A DNA stretch of 64,000 nucleotides, from positions 73,891 through 137,890 of the IMG/VR virus record IMGVR_UViG_3300047585_000208. One strand, written 5' to 3'. This document shows positions 29,638 to 39,496 of this stretch, in pieces (positions within the stretch are counted from its first letter, which is position 1; each line of letters begins with the position of its first letter). The notes under the pieces are model-generated. The model had not been told where the DNA came from, searched no databases, and was given only the letters and a program-made list of their open reading frames with translations. The position numbers and the translations under genes were made by a program. The stretch comes from a virus.

Positions 29638-30363
29638 ATGTTTAAGTCAATGCTTAGTCATGTTCGGCAGGCCTTTGTTGAGGCCAAAGCTGCAATCCTC
29701 GCAACAGTGCGGGAATTCGACGCAAGGCTTGCTCCAGAAGCCGCGGTGGGGGACCCGATTCTTGGACTCATCGCGACTGGTCAAAGCGGCTTGGCCGATT
29801 TCGGTAGCCCGCTGGGGGTTGATCAGCGGGCAGCTACTGAGCTTCGTCGAGTTTCTCATGCAGTCGGGATCTTGGCGCCTAACGCCCGGGTCAAACTCGA
29901 AGTGGCTGTCATGCCCGTGATGAAGCTGGCTGTGAAAAGCAGCTGGTTCTTGCCCAGATGGCTCAGTGCTACGATTGTTAAGGTGACCGGTGGCATTCTT
30001 GGTACGGGGTTTGTTTTGGCCGACGGTGTTTTGCTTGCGCGTGCCTCGGTGAGCGCCGGCGCTGCAGCGTTTCTCAAGTGGTTTTACACAACAAAACCTT
30101 TTACGGTCAGTCACTACTTCGGATTAGTCGTTTCTCTTGGCGTCTATTACACGCTATTTAATTGCGTCTGTGGAATTGTGGGGTTTGTGTTGGGCGCTGG
30201 GTTTGAGCTGTTTTTACCTTTCGCCGTTACAGTGGCGATGGCAATTGGCACAGCCAGTCTGTTGTATTTGATAATGTTGGTAACACACTGGATAGTGATT
30301 GCTTCGAAAAGTTCAGTCAGGGCACGAGGCCCGGCTGAGGTTGTCGAGCCTTGGCCCGCATGA
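29638..30363 (+). CDS. Multi-TM membrane protein
   Basis: AAGGAG then ATG 29638; several TM segments; N-terminus resembles the previous gene. Confidence 0.65.
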   Translation: MFKSMLSHVRQAFVEAKAAILATVREFDARLAPEAAVGDPILGLIATGQSGLADFGSPLGVDQRAATELRRVSHAVGILAPNARVKLEVAVMPVMKLAVKSSWFLPRWLSATIVKVTGGILGTGFVLADGVLLARASVSAGAAAFLKWFYTTKPFTVSHYFGLVVSLGVYYTLFNCVCGIVGFVLGAGFELFLPFAVTVAMAIGTASLLYLIMLVTHWIVIASKSSVRARGPAEVVEPWPA

Positions 30364-30700
30364 AATCAACTTATAGCCGGTAGCCCCAGCTACCGGTCTT
30401 TTCTTTTGGAGCTAACATGAACGACTTCTTTTCCGAGCTGCGGAAACTCGGGCATCGCGCTATGCTTTTGTGGTCGTTTATTAGGAGGTGGCGATGGCAT
30501 CGTCGGCGCTTTAGTGTTTAACAGAGGAGGCAATGTGAAATATGTAACAACTATGATTGACATGTGGGTTATTACTTTTGTCGTTGGGGCGGCATCTGGC
30601 CTTTGGTGGCCTTGGATTTTGTGTAACGTCTATCTGGTTGGGATGCCAGCTTCGAAGCTTTACAACATGTCATCTGAATAAGCCCAGTAATCGCTAGACT

Positions 30701-30802
30701 GTATCGTTGTTGCCTAAGTTTCTCATGAGCAGCCCTACCTAGGGCTGCTCTCTTTTTCATCGTCAGTCTGAATTTCTCTTAGTTCTGAGTAACGCATTAC
30801 TC
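30701..30802 (+). repeat. 102-bp repeat (terminator hairpin + palindrome), copy 1
   Basis: One mismatch versus 61466-61567; partial third copy at 59550-59606. Confidence 0.92.
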
Positions 30803-30825
30803 GGTTTTAAAAGGAGTACTGTTTT

Positions 30826-31287
30826 ATGCTGAAAACCAAAGAGAGCCCATTTTGGCTTCAGTTCAGTTGTACTTGGCGACGACTGATTTTCCGGAGTGTG
30901 TTGCTGATTTTTAACGTCGTCAACTATCTCGCGAACTTGCTTATCCAGTTAGAGCCAGTTTACATACCGCTGTGCACGGTATTTGGTTTGTTATTTGGGT
31001 GGTCAACTACCGAAACGTTTCTTGGAACTGTTATTGGTGGCGTGTCTGGGCTGGCGTTGGCTATCTTGGCTTATCAACCCGTAAGGATTTTGTCGTGTGT
31101 CGCTTGTTGGCTTAGTGAAAGAGCTTTTGCTAGCTACATGGTCGCGGCGGGTAAGTGGATTGCCTATACAAAGGAACAAGCATTGATAGCTTGTGAACGG
31201 TCACGTGCTTTACAGGAAAAGAAGTACCAGTTTGCAGTGTTTGGAGATGCAGACCCAACCAGTCCAAATTACGACCAGAGCGCATAA
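30826..31287 (+). CDS. Membrane protein
   Basis: Palindrome plus AAGGAG; hydrophobic segments. Confidence 0.65.
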   Translation: MLKTKESPFWLQFSCTWRRLIFRSVLLIFNVVNYLANLLIQLEPVYIPLCTVFGLLFGWSTTETFLGTVIGGVSGLALAILAYQPVRILSCVACWLSERAFASYMVAAGKWIAYTKEQALIACERSRALQEKKYQFAVFGDADPTSPNYDQSA

Positions 31288-31291
31288 CTTG

Positions 31292-31414
31292 ACAGCCCTT
31301 AATTAGGCAGCACCACGCTAGTTTCGACCTCTTGGCAGCGGTCGAAATGGCTAGGTAGTGGTATGTCTAGCCACCTTTGGCGAGCTGGAGTGGTGCTGCC
31401 TAATTAAGGGCTGT
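31292..31414. ncRNA. Candidate structured RNA/DNA element (25-bp closing stem, multibranch interior)
   Basis: ACAGCCCTTAATTAGGCAGCACCAC (31292-31316) pairs perfectly with 31390-31414; inner hairpins TTTCGACC/GGTCGAAA and TGGCTAG/CTAGCCA. Confidence 0.5.
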
Positions 31415-31450
31415 TTGAGTAATGCATTACTCAATTTTGAAAGGAGACCT

Positions 31451-31732
31451 GTGTTAGTTGCGAGCATGTTAGAAAACGGAGACGGCCTTTCTAACGGAAG
31501 TGGGCCGTATAAAGAACACTGGCGTTCGCGGCTCAGTTATGCCGATTATGGCCGGCCTAACGGTACTGGCTATGGCGACGGAATGATTGGAGGTTACGGT
31601 GATCGTGCCATGACGGGGTATGGTGCTGGAAACTCGGCGGAGTGTTTTGGAAATGGAATAGGACAAGGTCAGAGTGGCGGTCAAGTTATTTTTACTTCCG
31701 ATCTCGGAGTTCACTGTATAAGTTTTACCTAA
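31451..31732 (+). CDS. Small Gly-rich (GxG repeat) protein
   Basis: Between palindromes 31416 and 31730 (the latter supplies TAA); AAGGAG then GTG. Confidence 0.7.
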   Translation: MLVASMLENGDGLSNGSGPYKEHWRSRLSYADYGRPNGTGYGDGMIGGYGDRAMTGYGAGNSAECFGNGIGQGQSGGQVIFTSDLGVHCISFT

Positions 31733-31766
31733 GTAACGCATTACTCAACTTCAAAGGAGCAGCATT

Positions 31767-31997
31767 ATGACCCAGTGGGAGTACGACACCCATCAAGCGA
31801 TTGAAGCAACGGAAAACGCATTTTATTTGATTGCGTTTGGAATGACCATCCTCGGGGTGGTAGTTGGAGTTCTTTTGGACGAATCAGTTGCGGCAGCGTT
31901 TGTGTTTGCTTGTTTGGGGTTTTGTTTGTCGTTTGTAGTGTACACAGTGTGTGTGGCTATTTGGGTAGAGCGTCGCGATCAGAAGAGGCCTAAATGA
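31767..31997 (+). CDS. Small two-TM protein
   Basis: Palindrome plus AAGGAG; two hydrophobic helices. Confidence 0.65.
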   Translation: MTQWEYDTHQAIEATENAFYLIAFGMTILGVVVGVLLDESVAAAFVFACLGFCLSFVVYTVCVAIWVERRDQKRPK

Positions 31998-32114
31998 TTA
32001 GCGCTTCGAGGCGTTAGTTGTTTTCTTTTGTTTCTGTTTTGCTTTTTAGCTTTCGTCTGTCTACTACTGGTTGTGGTAGGCAGTTTGTGTCAGTTTCTCT
32101 AACAAGGAGTTCCC

Positions 32115-32807
32115 GTGAAGAAGTTCATTGCGATTTTGTGTTTCTTTTGTTTGGCCAACCCTGGGTTTACTCAGGTGACCACAACCGGGGTTGGGACTGT
32201 GTACGCCAAGCCTGATTGCGCACAACTCGTTTTCACTGTCACAACAGAGAACGTTGAGGCCAGTAAAGCCCTTAAGCTCAACAATCAGTACTCTGACTCG
32301 CTTTTTCAAATAATGAAAGTGCGAGCTGTCGACGAGAAAGACATTGCTACGGTCAATTTTCAGATTTATCCATTTTCTATTAAAAAGCCTTTTAGCTACG
32401 AGGTAACGCACACGGTCGGCGTTAAGGTTCGTGACCTGAAAAATATCGGCGCTTTAATCGATAAAACGGTAACGATCATTGCTCTTGTTGATCAAAAGGA
32501 AGCTCGGATCACGGTTAGTTCGCTAGATTTCGAGATTAGTGACTCGTCGAAACTACAAGAAAAAGCGCGGGCAATCGCGGTGGCTGACGCCAAGTATAAA
32601 GCTCAAGAATTGACGAACAACGCTGAAGTCAAACTTGGGCAGCTTATGCTGATTACGGAAAGCCATCACGAATCTAATTTTGTGAGTCGTTCGATGCTAG
32701 CTAATGTATCTGGAGGTAATGATACATCCGTTATGGCCGGTACACGGGCGATTCAGGTTCATGTGAATATGACTTGGGCCATTCAACCAACTAACACCAA
32801 AAAATAA
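32115..32807 (+). CDS. SIMPL (DUF541) domain protein with signal peptide
   Basis: Signal peptide, G.G.V...PD.A.L...V, DIAT.NF.I.P and AR..AV.DA..KA..L.....V.LG. Confidence 0.88.
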   Translation: MKKFIAILCFFCLANPGFTQVTTTGVGTVYAKPDCAQLVFTVTTENVEASKALKLNNQYSDSLFQIMKVRAVDEKDIATVNFQIYPFSIKKPFSYEVTHTVGVKVRDLKNIGALIDKTVTIIALVDQKEARITVSSLDFEISDSSKLQEKARAIAVADAKYKAQELTNNAEVKLGQLMLITESHHESNFVSRSMLANVSGGNDTSVMAGTRAIQVHVNMTWAIQPTNTKK

Positions 32808-32937
32808 AAGGAGGAGCTTCTTCAACTCTAAGTTTTTTCTGAAGCATGTCTAGCTGCTAGTTGTCATGCCAGCAATTAGCAGCTTTGTTCGTTAGACGCA
32901 ACTTGCGTAAGTTGCCGATCCAGTAACGGATGCCACG

Positions 32938-34650
32938 ATGCATCCTTGGCAGGAGGTTACCTCGATGTCAGGACTAGTCTCGGTCGAAAGCCACCGGCAG
33001 CATGAATTCCACGTCGCTATGCAGACTCAAGATGGTCTCTTAGGCGGGTCAGCTATGGCCGCGGACGTGGCATTTGGCAGCTCTATAGTAGAGCCTTTGT
33101 CGGAGTCCATCGAAGAGGCATTGACGGAGTCCCTTGATGCGCAGCCATCACCGGCTCCATTTAAGTCTTTGATTGATGAGAAGCTGTTGATTGAGTGTCT
33201 TGAAGCTGGGTGTCCGTGGCCAGCGGAGCTCGACGAGGTTTGGAATAAGGCGGAGCCTTATCAGGTTAGCCAGACTTTGCGCCATTTGCGAGTTCGTGAG
33301 CGGCTTTATTCTGGCATTCCCGACGAGTGGCGCAACGTGAACGGTGAAGTTCCGCTTTTGTCAGATGTTGTTTATCGGCGAAACTTGATCTCTATTCCGA
33401 AAGCCGCGGAGCTTGTTGAGGCACTGCAAAAGCAATTCGCGATTGCCATTTCTGCTTTCCAGCCGCGTACGCAGCGGCTTCTTTTGCATGCTTATGAAGT
33501 TGTTATCCAGCCGTTCTCGATCGGAGAGAACACGATGAGCCTTTGGGGATTGACCTTTATTCACCGGACCGAACCTCACTTTTCCTCAAAGTTCGTTCCG
33601 ATGAAAGACGTTCTCGCGGTATCTCTGACCTATCGGGTTACTCGTGAGTACACCAACAAAACTTCCCCAGCTTGGGACATTAAACTGCACGAGTTTACTG
33701 TCGATCCTGCAACTGGCTGTGTGTATTGTGGGGGGTTCTACGGAAAACGGACAAATCAGCCGCCAAAAGGACCGGTGGCGCAGTTTTCGAGGTGTGCTTT
33801 GGGTAAGTATTGGATGCTTACTCCAAAACCGGGTAATACGCGCCGGCACTTGGACGAGTCGTACACTAACGTGTTCGATGCCGGCCTCTCGCTATCTAGG
33901 ATGATCGAGCGAGCGGCCTGTCATAAAGCGCGTGTAAAGGCTGCGCCAGATTTTCCAGCGGTTTACATAGCGTTCGCTTCGGCCGAGGATGCTATTCCGG
34001 AAATGAACGAGGATAGATCGACTGGCTGGGAATGGTCGGAAGAGCTCAAGGAGGCAACTCTTCAGCGGGTGCGCGCATGGTGCTATGCCGGCAAGGAAAA
34101 GCCGATTATCGCTGGTAAGGAAAAGTCCGAGAAGCTTGAAGCAGTTTGTGCACAGATCAAGGCTGATCTGATGGAAGTTCCTCGGTCTTGGGATGATCTC
34201 GAACGGCAGCTTCTTCGAAGGTCGGATACTGGAGAAGTGAATGTCAAGTTCCTGTTGGGGGAGGCCTGGATAGCTGCTGAAGAGCAGGTAGACGGGCTTG
34301 TCTTGGTTCCGTGGGCATTTATCTGTCCCGAAGCTTTGCCAAGTGTTTTCAGCAAATCCAAGGGGGTTTATCTGCGGATGGACGACAGTCTCATGGGTAG
34401 GGAAACTTGGCATACCAACGCTATGTACGTAGATGGTCGCATTACTGACGACTTGGGCAACACGATTGACAAGTCGTATTACGACTATAGCGCTGAGCTT
34501 AGGGTTGACCATCAGCACGCGGCACCGCAGCCGCATCGGCAGTTTCGTGCGAATGAGTGGAATGTGGAGAACGAAAGTCAGGGGATTATCTACAACTTCG
34601 ATGATGCCCCTGCGGGCCAGGAGAAGCATTTTCAGCGTCCCGGGTATTAA
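32938..34650 (+). CDS. Hypothetical protein (570 aa)
   Basis: Long ORF; start may be ATG ~32965 after AGGAGG; followed by a terminator. Confidence 0.7.
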   Translation: MHPWQEVTSMSGLVSVESHRQHEFHVAMQTQDGLLGGSAMAADVAFGSSIVEPLSESIEEALTESLDAQPSPAPFKSLIDEKLLIECLEAGCPWPAELDEVWNKAEPYQVSQTLRHLRVRERLYSGIPDEWRNVNGEVPLLSDVVYRRNLISIPKAAELVEALQKQFAIAISAFQPRTQRLLLHAYEVVIQPFSIGENTMSLWGLTFIHRTEPHFSSKFVPMKDVLAVSLTYRVTREYTNKTSPAWDIKLHEFTVDPATGCVYCGGFYGKRTNQPPKGPVAQFSRCALGKYWMLTPKPGNTRRHLDESYTNVFDAGLSLSRMIERAACHKARVKAAPDFPAVYIAFASAEDAIPEMNEDRSTGWEWSEELKEATLQRVRAWCYAGKEKPIIAGKEKSEKLEAVCAQIKADLMEVPRSWDDLERQLLRRSDTGEVNVKFLLGEAWIAAEEQVDGLVLVPWAFICPEALPSVFSKSKGVYLRMDDSLMGRETWHTNAMYVDGRITDDLGNTIDKSYYDYSAELRVDHQHAAPQPHRQFRANEWNVENESQGIIYNFDDAPAGQEKHFQRPGY

Positions 34651-34662
34651 TTGAAGGTTTAT

Positions 34663-34688
34663 GCCGCCTGCCCAGGGCGGCTTTTCTT
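34663..34688 (+). terminator. Intrinsic terminator
   Basis: GCCGCC...GGCGGC followed by TTTTCTT. Confidence 0.7.
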
Positions 34689-34754
34689 GTTTTGAGTAAT
34701 GCATTACTCAAAAGATTGATTTTCTGAAGCAGCTCTCTAAAAGGAGTTTGAATC

Positions 34755-35465
34755 ATGCTGACAGCCGGATTTGGGCCATCGATTGGCATTTGGGTTTTGA
34801 TCGGTTTGGCGCTGTGGTTTTTGGGGGATTTGATAAAGCTGCTTGTTCGAGTAAAAAACGATGTAGCTGCCCCAGTTGATGATGACTTCCTGAATAACCG
34901 AACGATCGATATTGAAGTGAACTTCTGCTATCAGTACACGATTACACAGGCGTTTCCACTTCATACGACAGTTAGAACGGCGCTAAAGAAAACAATTAAC
35001 GAAGAGGATGTTAGCCCGTTAGATTGCCCGGATTTATTTCGGATATCGGTGCGCTCTCATTCTGGTGGGTTGATTTTGCCGTGGAAGAGCCCACGTGAGG
35101 CGATACTTGATTTAAAACTGAAGAACAAAGACTATATTAAAGTCGAGAATGTTAAGCCAGCACCGAGTAGTAAACATCCAGAAGAAATTAAAGTCTGGTT
35201 GATCAGCGCCCAAGCCGGTAGCAAAACTCATTCAGTCAATATGCCGGCTAGATCTACTGTTTATGATTTGATTATTCGGCAGGTCTACCTAGATCCTGTG
35301 CTTACGCAGTGCAATCCTATTAATGAGCCGGAGGAGTTTAGAATTCAGTTGTACAGGGTCGACTCAATGGGGATTCGCATGGGGCCTTCCGATATTTGTC
35401 TCGCTACTATTCTTCAAGCCGACGACCAGGTCTATCTTCTCTCGTCAAAGCTTCTAGGCGGCTAG
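34755..35465 (+). CDS. Membrane-anchored ubiquitin-like (beta-grasp) protein ending in Gly-Gly
   Basis: N-terminal TM; two ~80-aa units with Ubl-like patterns (P..TTV..; P..STV.DL...LQADDQV.L); C-terminus KLLGG. Confidence 0.6.
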   Translation: MLTAGFGPSIGIWVLIGLALWFLGDLIKLLVRVKNDVAAPVDDDFLNNRTIDIEVNFCYQYTITQAFPLHTTVRTALKKTINEEDVSPLDCPDLFRISVRSHSGGLILPWKSPREAILDLKLKNKDYIKVENVKPAPSSKHPEEIKVWLISAQAGSKTHSVNMPARSTVYDLIIRQVYLDPVLTQCNPINEPEEFRIQLYRVDSMGIRMGPSDICLATILQADDQVYLLSSKLLGG

Positions 35466-35467
35466 GC

Positions 35468-35519
35468 TTGCCTAGCCGATTAGTTTCTGCTATACTGCCT
35501 TAGCAGAAACTAATCGGCT
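35468..35519 (+). promoter_or_regulatory. Sigma70-like promoter embedded in a 19-bp inverted repeat
   Basis: TTGCCT-N17-TATACT with TG extension; inverted repeat 35474-35492 / 35501-35519. Confidence 0.55.
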
Positions 35520-35534
35520 TTCTAGGAGCTCTAA

Positions 35535-36608
35535 ATGCAAACAAGTCTGTCGTCTATTCTTGGGACGTATAAGCAAGGCATTCCTCAAGGTAAAGAGGAA
35601 TTTGACCTTCGTACTCCGAATCCGTCGAAATACCACGATCCTCGTTCAATGCGACTTGGTACAACTGGTGACGCCATTGTAGAATCCCTTTTCAATAGAA
35701 CCTCGGCAAAAGGAAGCCACGCTGGATGCGTTATGATTCCGCATTCGACCCAAGGTGGAGCCCCAATGGGCTTCTCTCCAGAAACTGCAGTTCAGCAGGT
35801 CTTTATTGACCCAGAGCTGAACAACAAATCAATCCAAGTTTCCATAAAGGATATGCGCGAGCAGCCAGAGTTTCTAGCTCGTACAGTTAAAGAAGCTCGC
35901 AGTACTATTGCGAATCCAGCAGATGCCGCGATTATGGCTTATGGGCAGTTTTCTAAGATCACGACTCCGGGATATGATCCTGTTGAGATAACGATCCAAA
36001 GGGGTAATCAAGAAATGGCGGGGTTAGGCTCTGATTTACCGCCTTTGCCAGATAACGTTTACGTGGTCTCAAATAAGTCTGTTCAAGTAGCTCCTCAAAC
36101 AAGCGGGTTTTCCAAGCAAGCTTTGTCGGTTCCGGAACCTTCAAGGCAGTCGGCACAGCCGGCGGCGGTGGTTCCCTCGTTGGGTCCTCCTTTTCCACCG
36201 CCGCCGGTTATTCAAATTCCAGAGCCAGTTTCAACGCAACTGAGGTCGGTGAAAGAGATGTTTGAAGAAGAGAGGCCTAACCCTATTCAACTGCAGCCAT
36301 TGGTCAACTTGACTTCGATTGTGTTTGATCTTGGAGAACTAGGGGATTTCACCTGTTCGTATCACTCGATACTTAAGACGGCTGTAGAAGGATCGCCAGC
36401 AACGCTTGTTCTGGTTTATGACCATAATAAACCTATGCAAATGCGGTGGTTTCCTCCTTGCCGCGAGGTAAATGGTGAGCCACAGCAGATTTTGGCGCTC
36501 TACGAGCGTGTAGCTTACAAGCTGTTCGCGACTGGAATTCGGTTCAAGGATGGCTCGAAAGAGTACTGTGTTTTGACGATTGATCAGGAAAGGTCGGTAT
36601 CGAAATGA
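35535..36608 (+). CDS. Hypothetical protein with Pro-rich linker
   Basis: 357 aa; AGGAG RBS. Confidence 0.7.
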   Translation: MQTSLSSILGTYKQGIPQGKEEFDLRTPNPSKYHDPRSMRLGTTGDAIVESLFNRTSAKGSHAGCVMIPHSTQGGAPMGFSPETAVQQVFIDPELNNKSIQVSIKDMREQPEFLARTVKEARSTIANPADAAIMAYGQFSKITTPGYDPVEITIQRGNQEMAGLGSDLPPLPDNVYVVSNKSVQVAPQTSGFSKQALSVPEPSRQSAQPAAVVPSLGPPFPPPPVIQIPEPVSTQLRSVKEMFEEERPNPIQLQPLVNLTSIVFDLGELGDFTCSYHSILKTAVEGSPATLVLVYDHNKPMQMRWFPPCREVNGEPQQILALYERVAYKLFATGIRFKDGSKEYCVLTIDQERSVSK

Positions 36609-36769
36609 ATAAGGTTGGAAAGATCGAAGTTGGCGTGACTCCTGTCGAAGAGCACGATGGTGAGAAGGTTGCTGGAGAGCAGTTGGAAGATCATCTCATG
36701 ACTAGGTTGGCTGAAAAGGTGGAGAAGAAAAGCGCTGAAGTTGGGCAGCGGAGCATTAAAGACAAGTAG
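36605..36769 (+). CDS. Small charged protein (54 aa)
   Basis: ATGA overlap; translated by hand MNKVGKIEVGVTPVEE...SIKDK. Confidence 0.5.
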   Translation: MNKVGKIEVGVTPVEEHDGEKVAGEQLEDHLMTRLAEKVEKKSAEVGQRSIKDK

Positions 36770-36815
36770 AATGAGTTGAGTAACGCATTACTCAACTTTC
36801 TATTTGGAGCTAGTT

Positions 36816-37742
36816 ATGGCGCTTAAAGAAATTCACATTCCGCACCTTGGACACACTGTGAAGATGGGGCGTAAGCGCCCTGTCGCTAAGGGGCTTCGGC
36901 TTAAGTTTAGCCGCTATCTGAAGAATAGTTTGCCTACTCCACCGGCTTCGGTTGATTATTCTGCTAATGCATCTTCTGCGATTAGTCAGATGTATCTCAA
37001 CGACCAGCTGGGTGACTGCGTTATTGCATGTATGGGGCACACTATTGGCGTTTTGACCGGTAATGCGACCGGTTCGGCGCAAACTCTTACTCAAGCGCAA
37101 GTTCTAGCTCTTTATGAAGCTATTGGTGGTTACGTTCCTGGCGAGCCCTCTACAGACCAAGGCTGCGATGAACAGACAGCTTTGAATTATTGGATGCAAA
37201 ATGGAGCGCCAAACGGTGGAACTAAGATTCTTGGGTATTTGTCTGTTGATATTCAAAACCCGACCGAGTATCGAACCGCCCTATGGCTTTTTGAGAATTT
37301 GATTTTTGGCCTTGAATTGCCCGATGCTTGGGTTCAGAACCCAACGCCCGGGTTTGTTTGGGGGCCTGGAACGCCTGATGAAGCAAATGGACACTGTATC
37401 GGAGGAGTTGGTTATTCGTCTGCCGGTATTAAAGTCATGACGTGGGGCATGACTGGAACTATTACTGATGCAGCTATTGCTGAAGTAATGGCTCCGCAAT
37501 ATGGTGGGGAAATGTGGGTTGTGCTAGATCCTGACCAAATTGCAAAAGGTCAAGCGATTGCCCCCAACGGCATTAATTGGGATTTGTTGATTTCTGATTT
37601 CGACGCCATGGGTGGAAACGTTCCAGTTCCTGTAACGCCCCCGCCACCACCCCCGCCGCCCGTAAATCCCCCGGCACCTTCTGCGACAACCATCACATTG
37701 TCCGCCGATATGCCGGCCGGAACTTACACTGTTTCGCAATAA
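36816..37742 (+). CDS. Papain-like cysteine peptidase
   Basis: NDQLGDCV (catalytic Cys), GHCIGGVGY (His) and TWG; Pro-rich tail. Confidence 0.75.
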   Translation: MALKEIHIPHLGHTVKMGRKRPVAKGLRLKFSRYLKNSLPTPPASVDYSANASSAISQMYLNDQLGDCVIACMGHTIGVLTGNATGSAQTLTQAQVLALYEAIGGYVPGEPSTDQGCDEQTALNYWMQNGAPNGGTKILGYLSVDIQNPTEYRTALWLFENLIFGLELPDAWVQNPTPGFVWGPGTPDEANGHCIGGVGYSSAGIKVMTWGMTGTITDAAIAEVMAPQYGGEMWVVLDPDQIAKGQAIAPNGINWDLLISDFDAMGGNVPVPVTPPPPPPPPVNPPAPSATTITLSADMPAGTYTVSQ

Positions 37743-37791
37743 TGGTCTCGCCAGCTAAAGCTGGGAGCTAACATCTGCCAAAGGTGCCGCA

Positions 37792-38700
37792 ATGTTATTG
37801 GAGCCAATTCACGCTGTAACAACCAGTGACGGATACAGCGATTTCCTCAAGATAGCATTGCGGCACAACAGGCATCTAGTAGACAGCCTTGTCGTTGTAA
37901 CTTCCCCCGAAGATACAGAATCCCAACTCGTAGCAGGTCAGTTTGACTGCCGCCTAGTCATTACGCGAGAAGCTCGTGAAAATGGCCGGCTTCAAAAAGG
38001 TCGCATGGTTGAGCGCGGACTTCAGCAGCTCCCAGGCGACGGCTGGCGACTTCACTTCGACGCTGATGTAATAATGCCAGCAAGCCTCCGAACATCACTT
38101 CAGCGCGGCCTATACGACAAAGAAGCTATCTACGGCTGCGATCGCTTCAATATCGAGGGCTGGGAAGCTTATCAGAAGTTACTCACTACCGATTGGCCTT
38201 ACACAGGTTGGAGGTATCATCACTTCCTTGCTATGACGCCCACTGGTGCGCCTATTGGCTCTCGTTTGGTTCATAGTGACCAAGGTTTCTGCCCAATTGG
38301 CTTTTGGCAGTGTTGGCACTCTTCAGTTGAGATGAGTGGTATTTATCGTACTCGCCCATACCCCGTTGGCTCACGAACCGCTGCTCATGATGATGTTCAA
38401 TTTTCTCTTTTGTGGGATCGGTGTAAGAGGATTTTGATTCCAGAGTTGATTGTGGGTCATCTTATTTCGCCCGGTGCTCAATACGGAGAGAACTGGAATG
38501 GACGAGTTACAGCTCCTTTCGGACCAGATTCAAAGGTTAGACCAGCTTCGCGACGAGGATCAGGCGGCATGTTTGGCGCTAAAGCTGCCGAACCTGCCCA
38601 AGGAAATACTCAAGCCTCTTCTGCGTTATCGAAAAAGCCTGCAAAAGGAGTGCCAACAGCTCCAGGCTCGTCTTCCGGAATGGTATCGCCGCCTTGTTAG
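37792..38700 (+). CDS. GT-A fold glycosyltransferase
   Basis: VVVTSPED, KG......L, DxD motif HFDADV, IGFWQ.W and D..F...W. Confidence 0.75.
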   Translation: MLLEPIHAVTTSDGYSDFLKIALRHNRHLVDSLVVVTSPEDTESQLVAGQFDCRLVITREARENGRLQKGRMVERGLQQLPGDGWRLHFDADVIMPASLRTSLQRGLYDKEAIYGCDRFNIEGWEAYQKLLTTDWPYTGWRYHHFLAMTPTGAPIGSRLVHSDQGFCPIGFWQCWHSSVEMSGIYRTRPYPVGSRTAAHDDVQFSLLWDRCKRILIPELIVGHLISPGAQYGENWNGRVTAPFGPDSKVRPASRRGSGGMFGAKAAEPAQGNTQASSALSKKPAKGVPTAPGSSSGMVSPPC

Positions 38701-38726
38701 CGGTTGATTTAAGTTTCGTTTTTCTT

Positions 38727-38754
38727 AAGCCACCCAACTGTTGGGTGGTTTTTT
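38727..38754 (+). terminator. Intrinsic terminator
   Basis: CCACCCAA-CTG-TTGGGTGG followed by a T run. Confidence 0.75.
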
Positions 38755-38788
38755 GTTGAGTAACGCATTACTCAGGAGGGGAATTTTA

Positions 38789-39496
38789 ATGTTGATGCAA
38801 GAGCTGCTCGACATTGCGAAAGAAGAATCTCCGGAGCTTAGTGAGAAATCAGTTCGTCATACGTTGGTTACGCGGTTTGGTGGCGTGGTAAAAGCAGGCT
38901 GCCATAGCGTTAAGGAAAAATGCGGCTGTATACGCGAGCTTCGTTCAGCAGAAATTCCAGCTTCTCGTTGGACTGACTGTCCAGATCATCAATCTGACAC
39001 TCGCGGAGGTAGTCCTACTGATCGCGTGTGTCAGTTGCTCAACGATCTTAATTGGACGAGTGATGAGCTTCGGACAGAAAGATGCTTTCCACTTGTGTTT
39101 CTGACTGAAAAACGTGCGGTCGTCGGTTGGCGTAAGAAGTTGCGTAAGGTGCTGTATGCGGAGTTTGGTGACGTCTTAGTTCACGAGTTTGGGCTCTTGG
39201 TTCCAACAATCAAGGTCGAGACGCTTGTGGAGTTGACCAAGGAGTGTTTGAGATCTCCTGACTGGGCTTTAACGACTATCCAGTCTGCAATTCATGCTAC
39301 GTATCCTGGTATACGCCCTCCTTTGGCTTTATTGACGTTTGTCAAGTCCGCTGAGAAGAACGATGTTTACAAGGCAGTCAAAGCTTTCACATCCGACGCT
39401 TCCGGTCAAATCTTAATTGGTTCAACCGAAAACGATATCCGCTTTACGAGGATTTTGGAATTATTCATCAAGTGTCATGCAGGGAAAATCGCCTAA
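38789..39496 (+). CDS. Hypothetical protein
   Basis: Palindrome plus AGGAGG, ATG 38789; immediately upstream of the Cas12m-like gene. Confidence 0.65.
   Translation: MLMQELLDIAKEESPELSEKSVRHTLVTRFGGVVKAGCHSVKEKCGCIRELRSAEIPASRWTDCPDHQSDTRGGSPTDRVCQLLNDLNWTSDELRTERCFPLVFLTEKRAVVGWRKKLRKVLYAEFGDVLVHEFGLLVPTIKVETLVELTKECLRSPDWALTTIQSAIHATYPGIRPPLALLTFVKSAEKNDVYKAVKAFTSDASGQILIGSTENDIRFTRILELFIKCHAGKIA

Noticed and set aside
33892-34704. Long minus-strand ORFs (e.g. 33892-34704, 53329-54186, 10364-10963)
   Set aside because: They are antisense shadows of well-supported + strand genes and carry no recognisable motifs.
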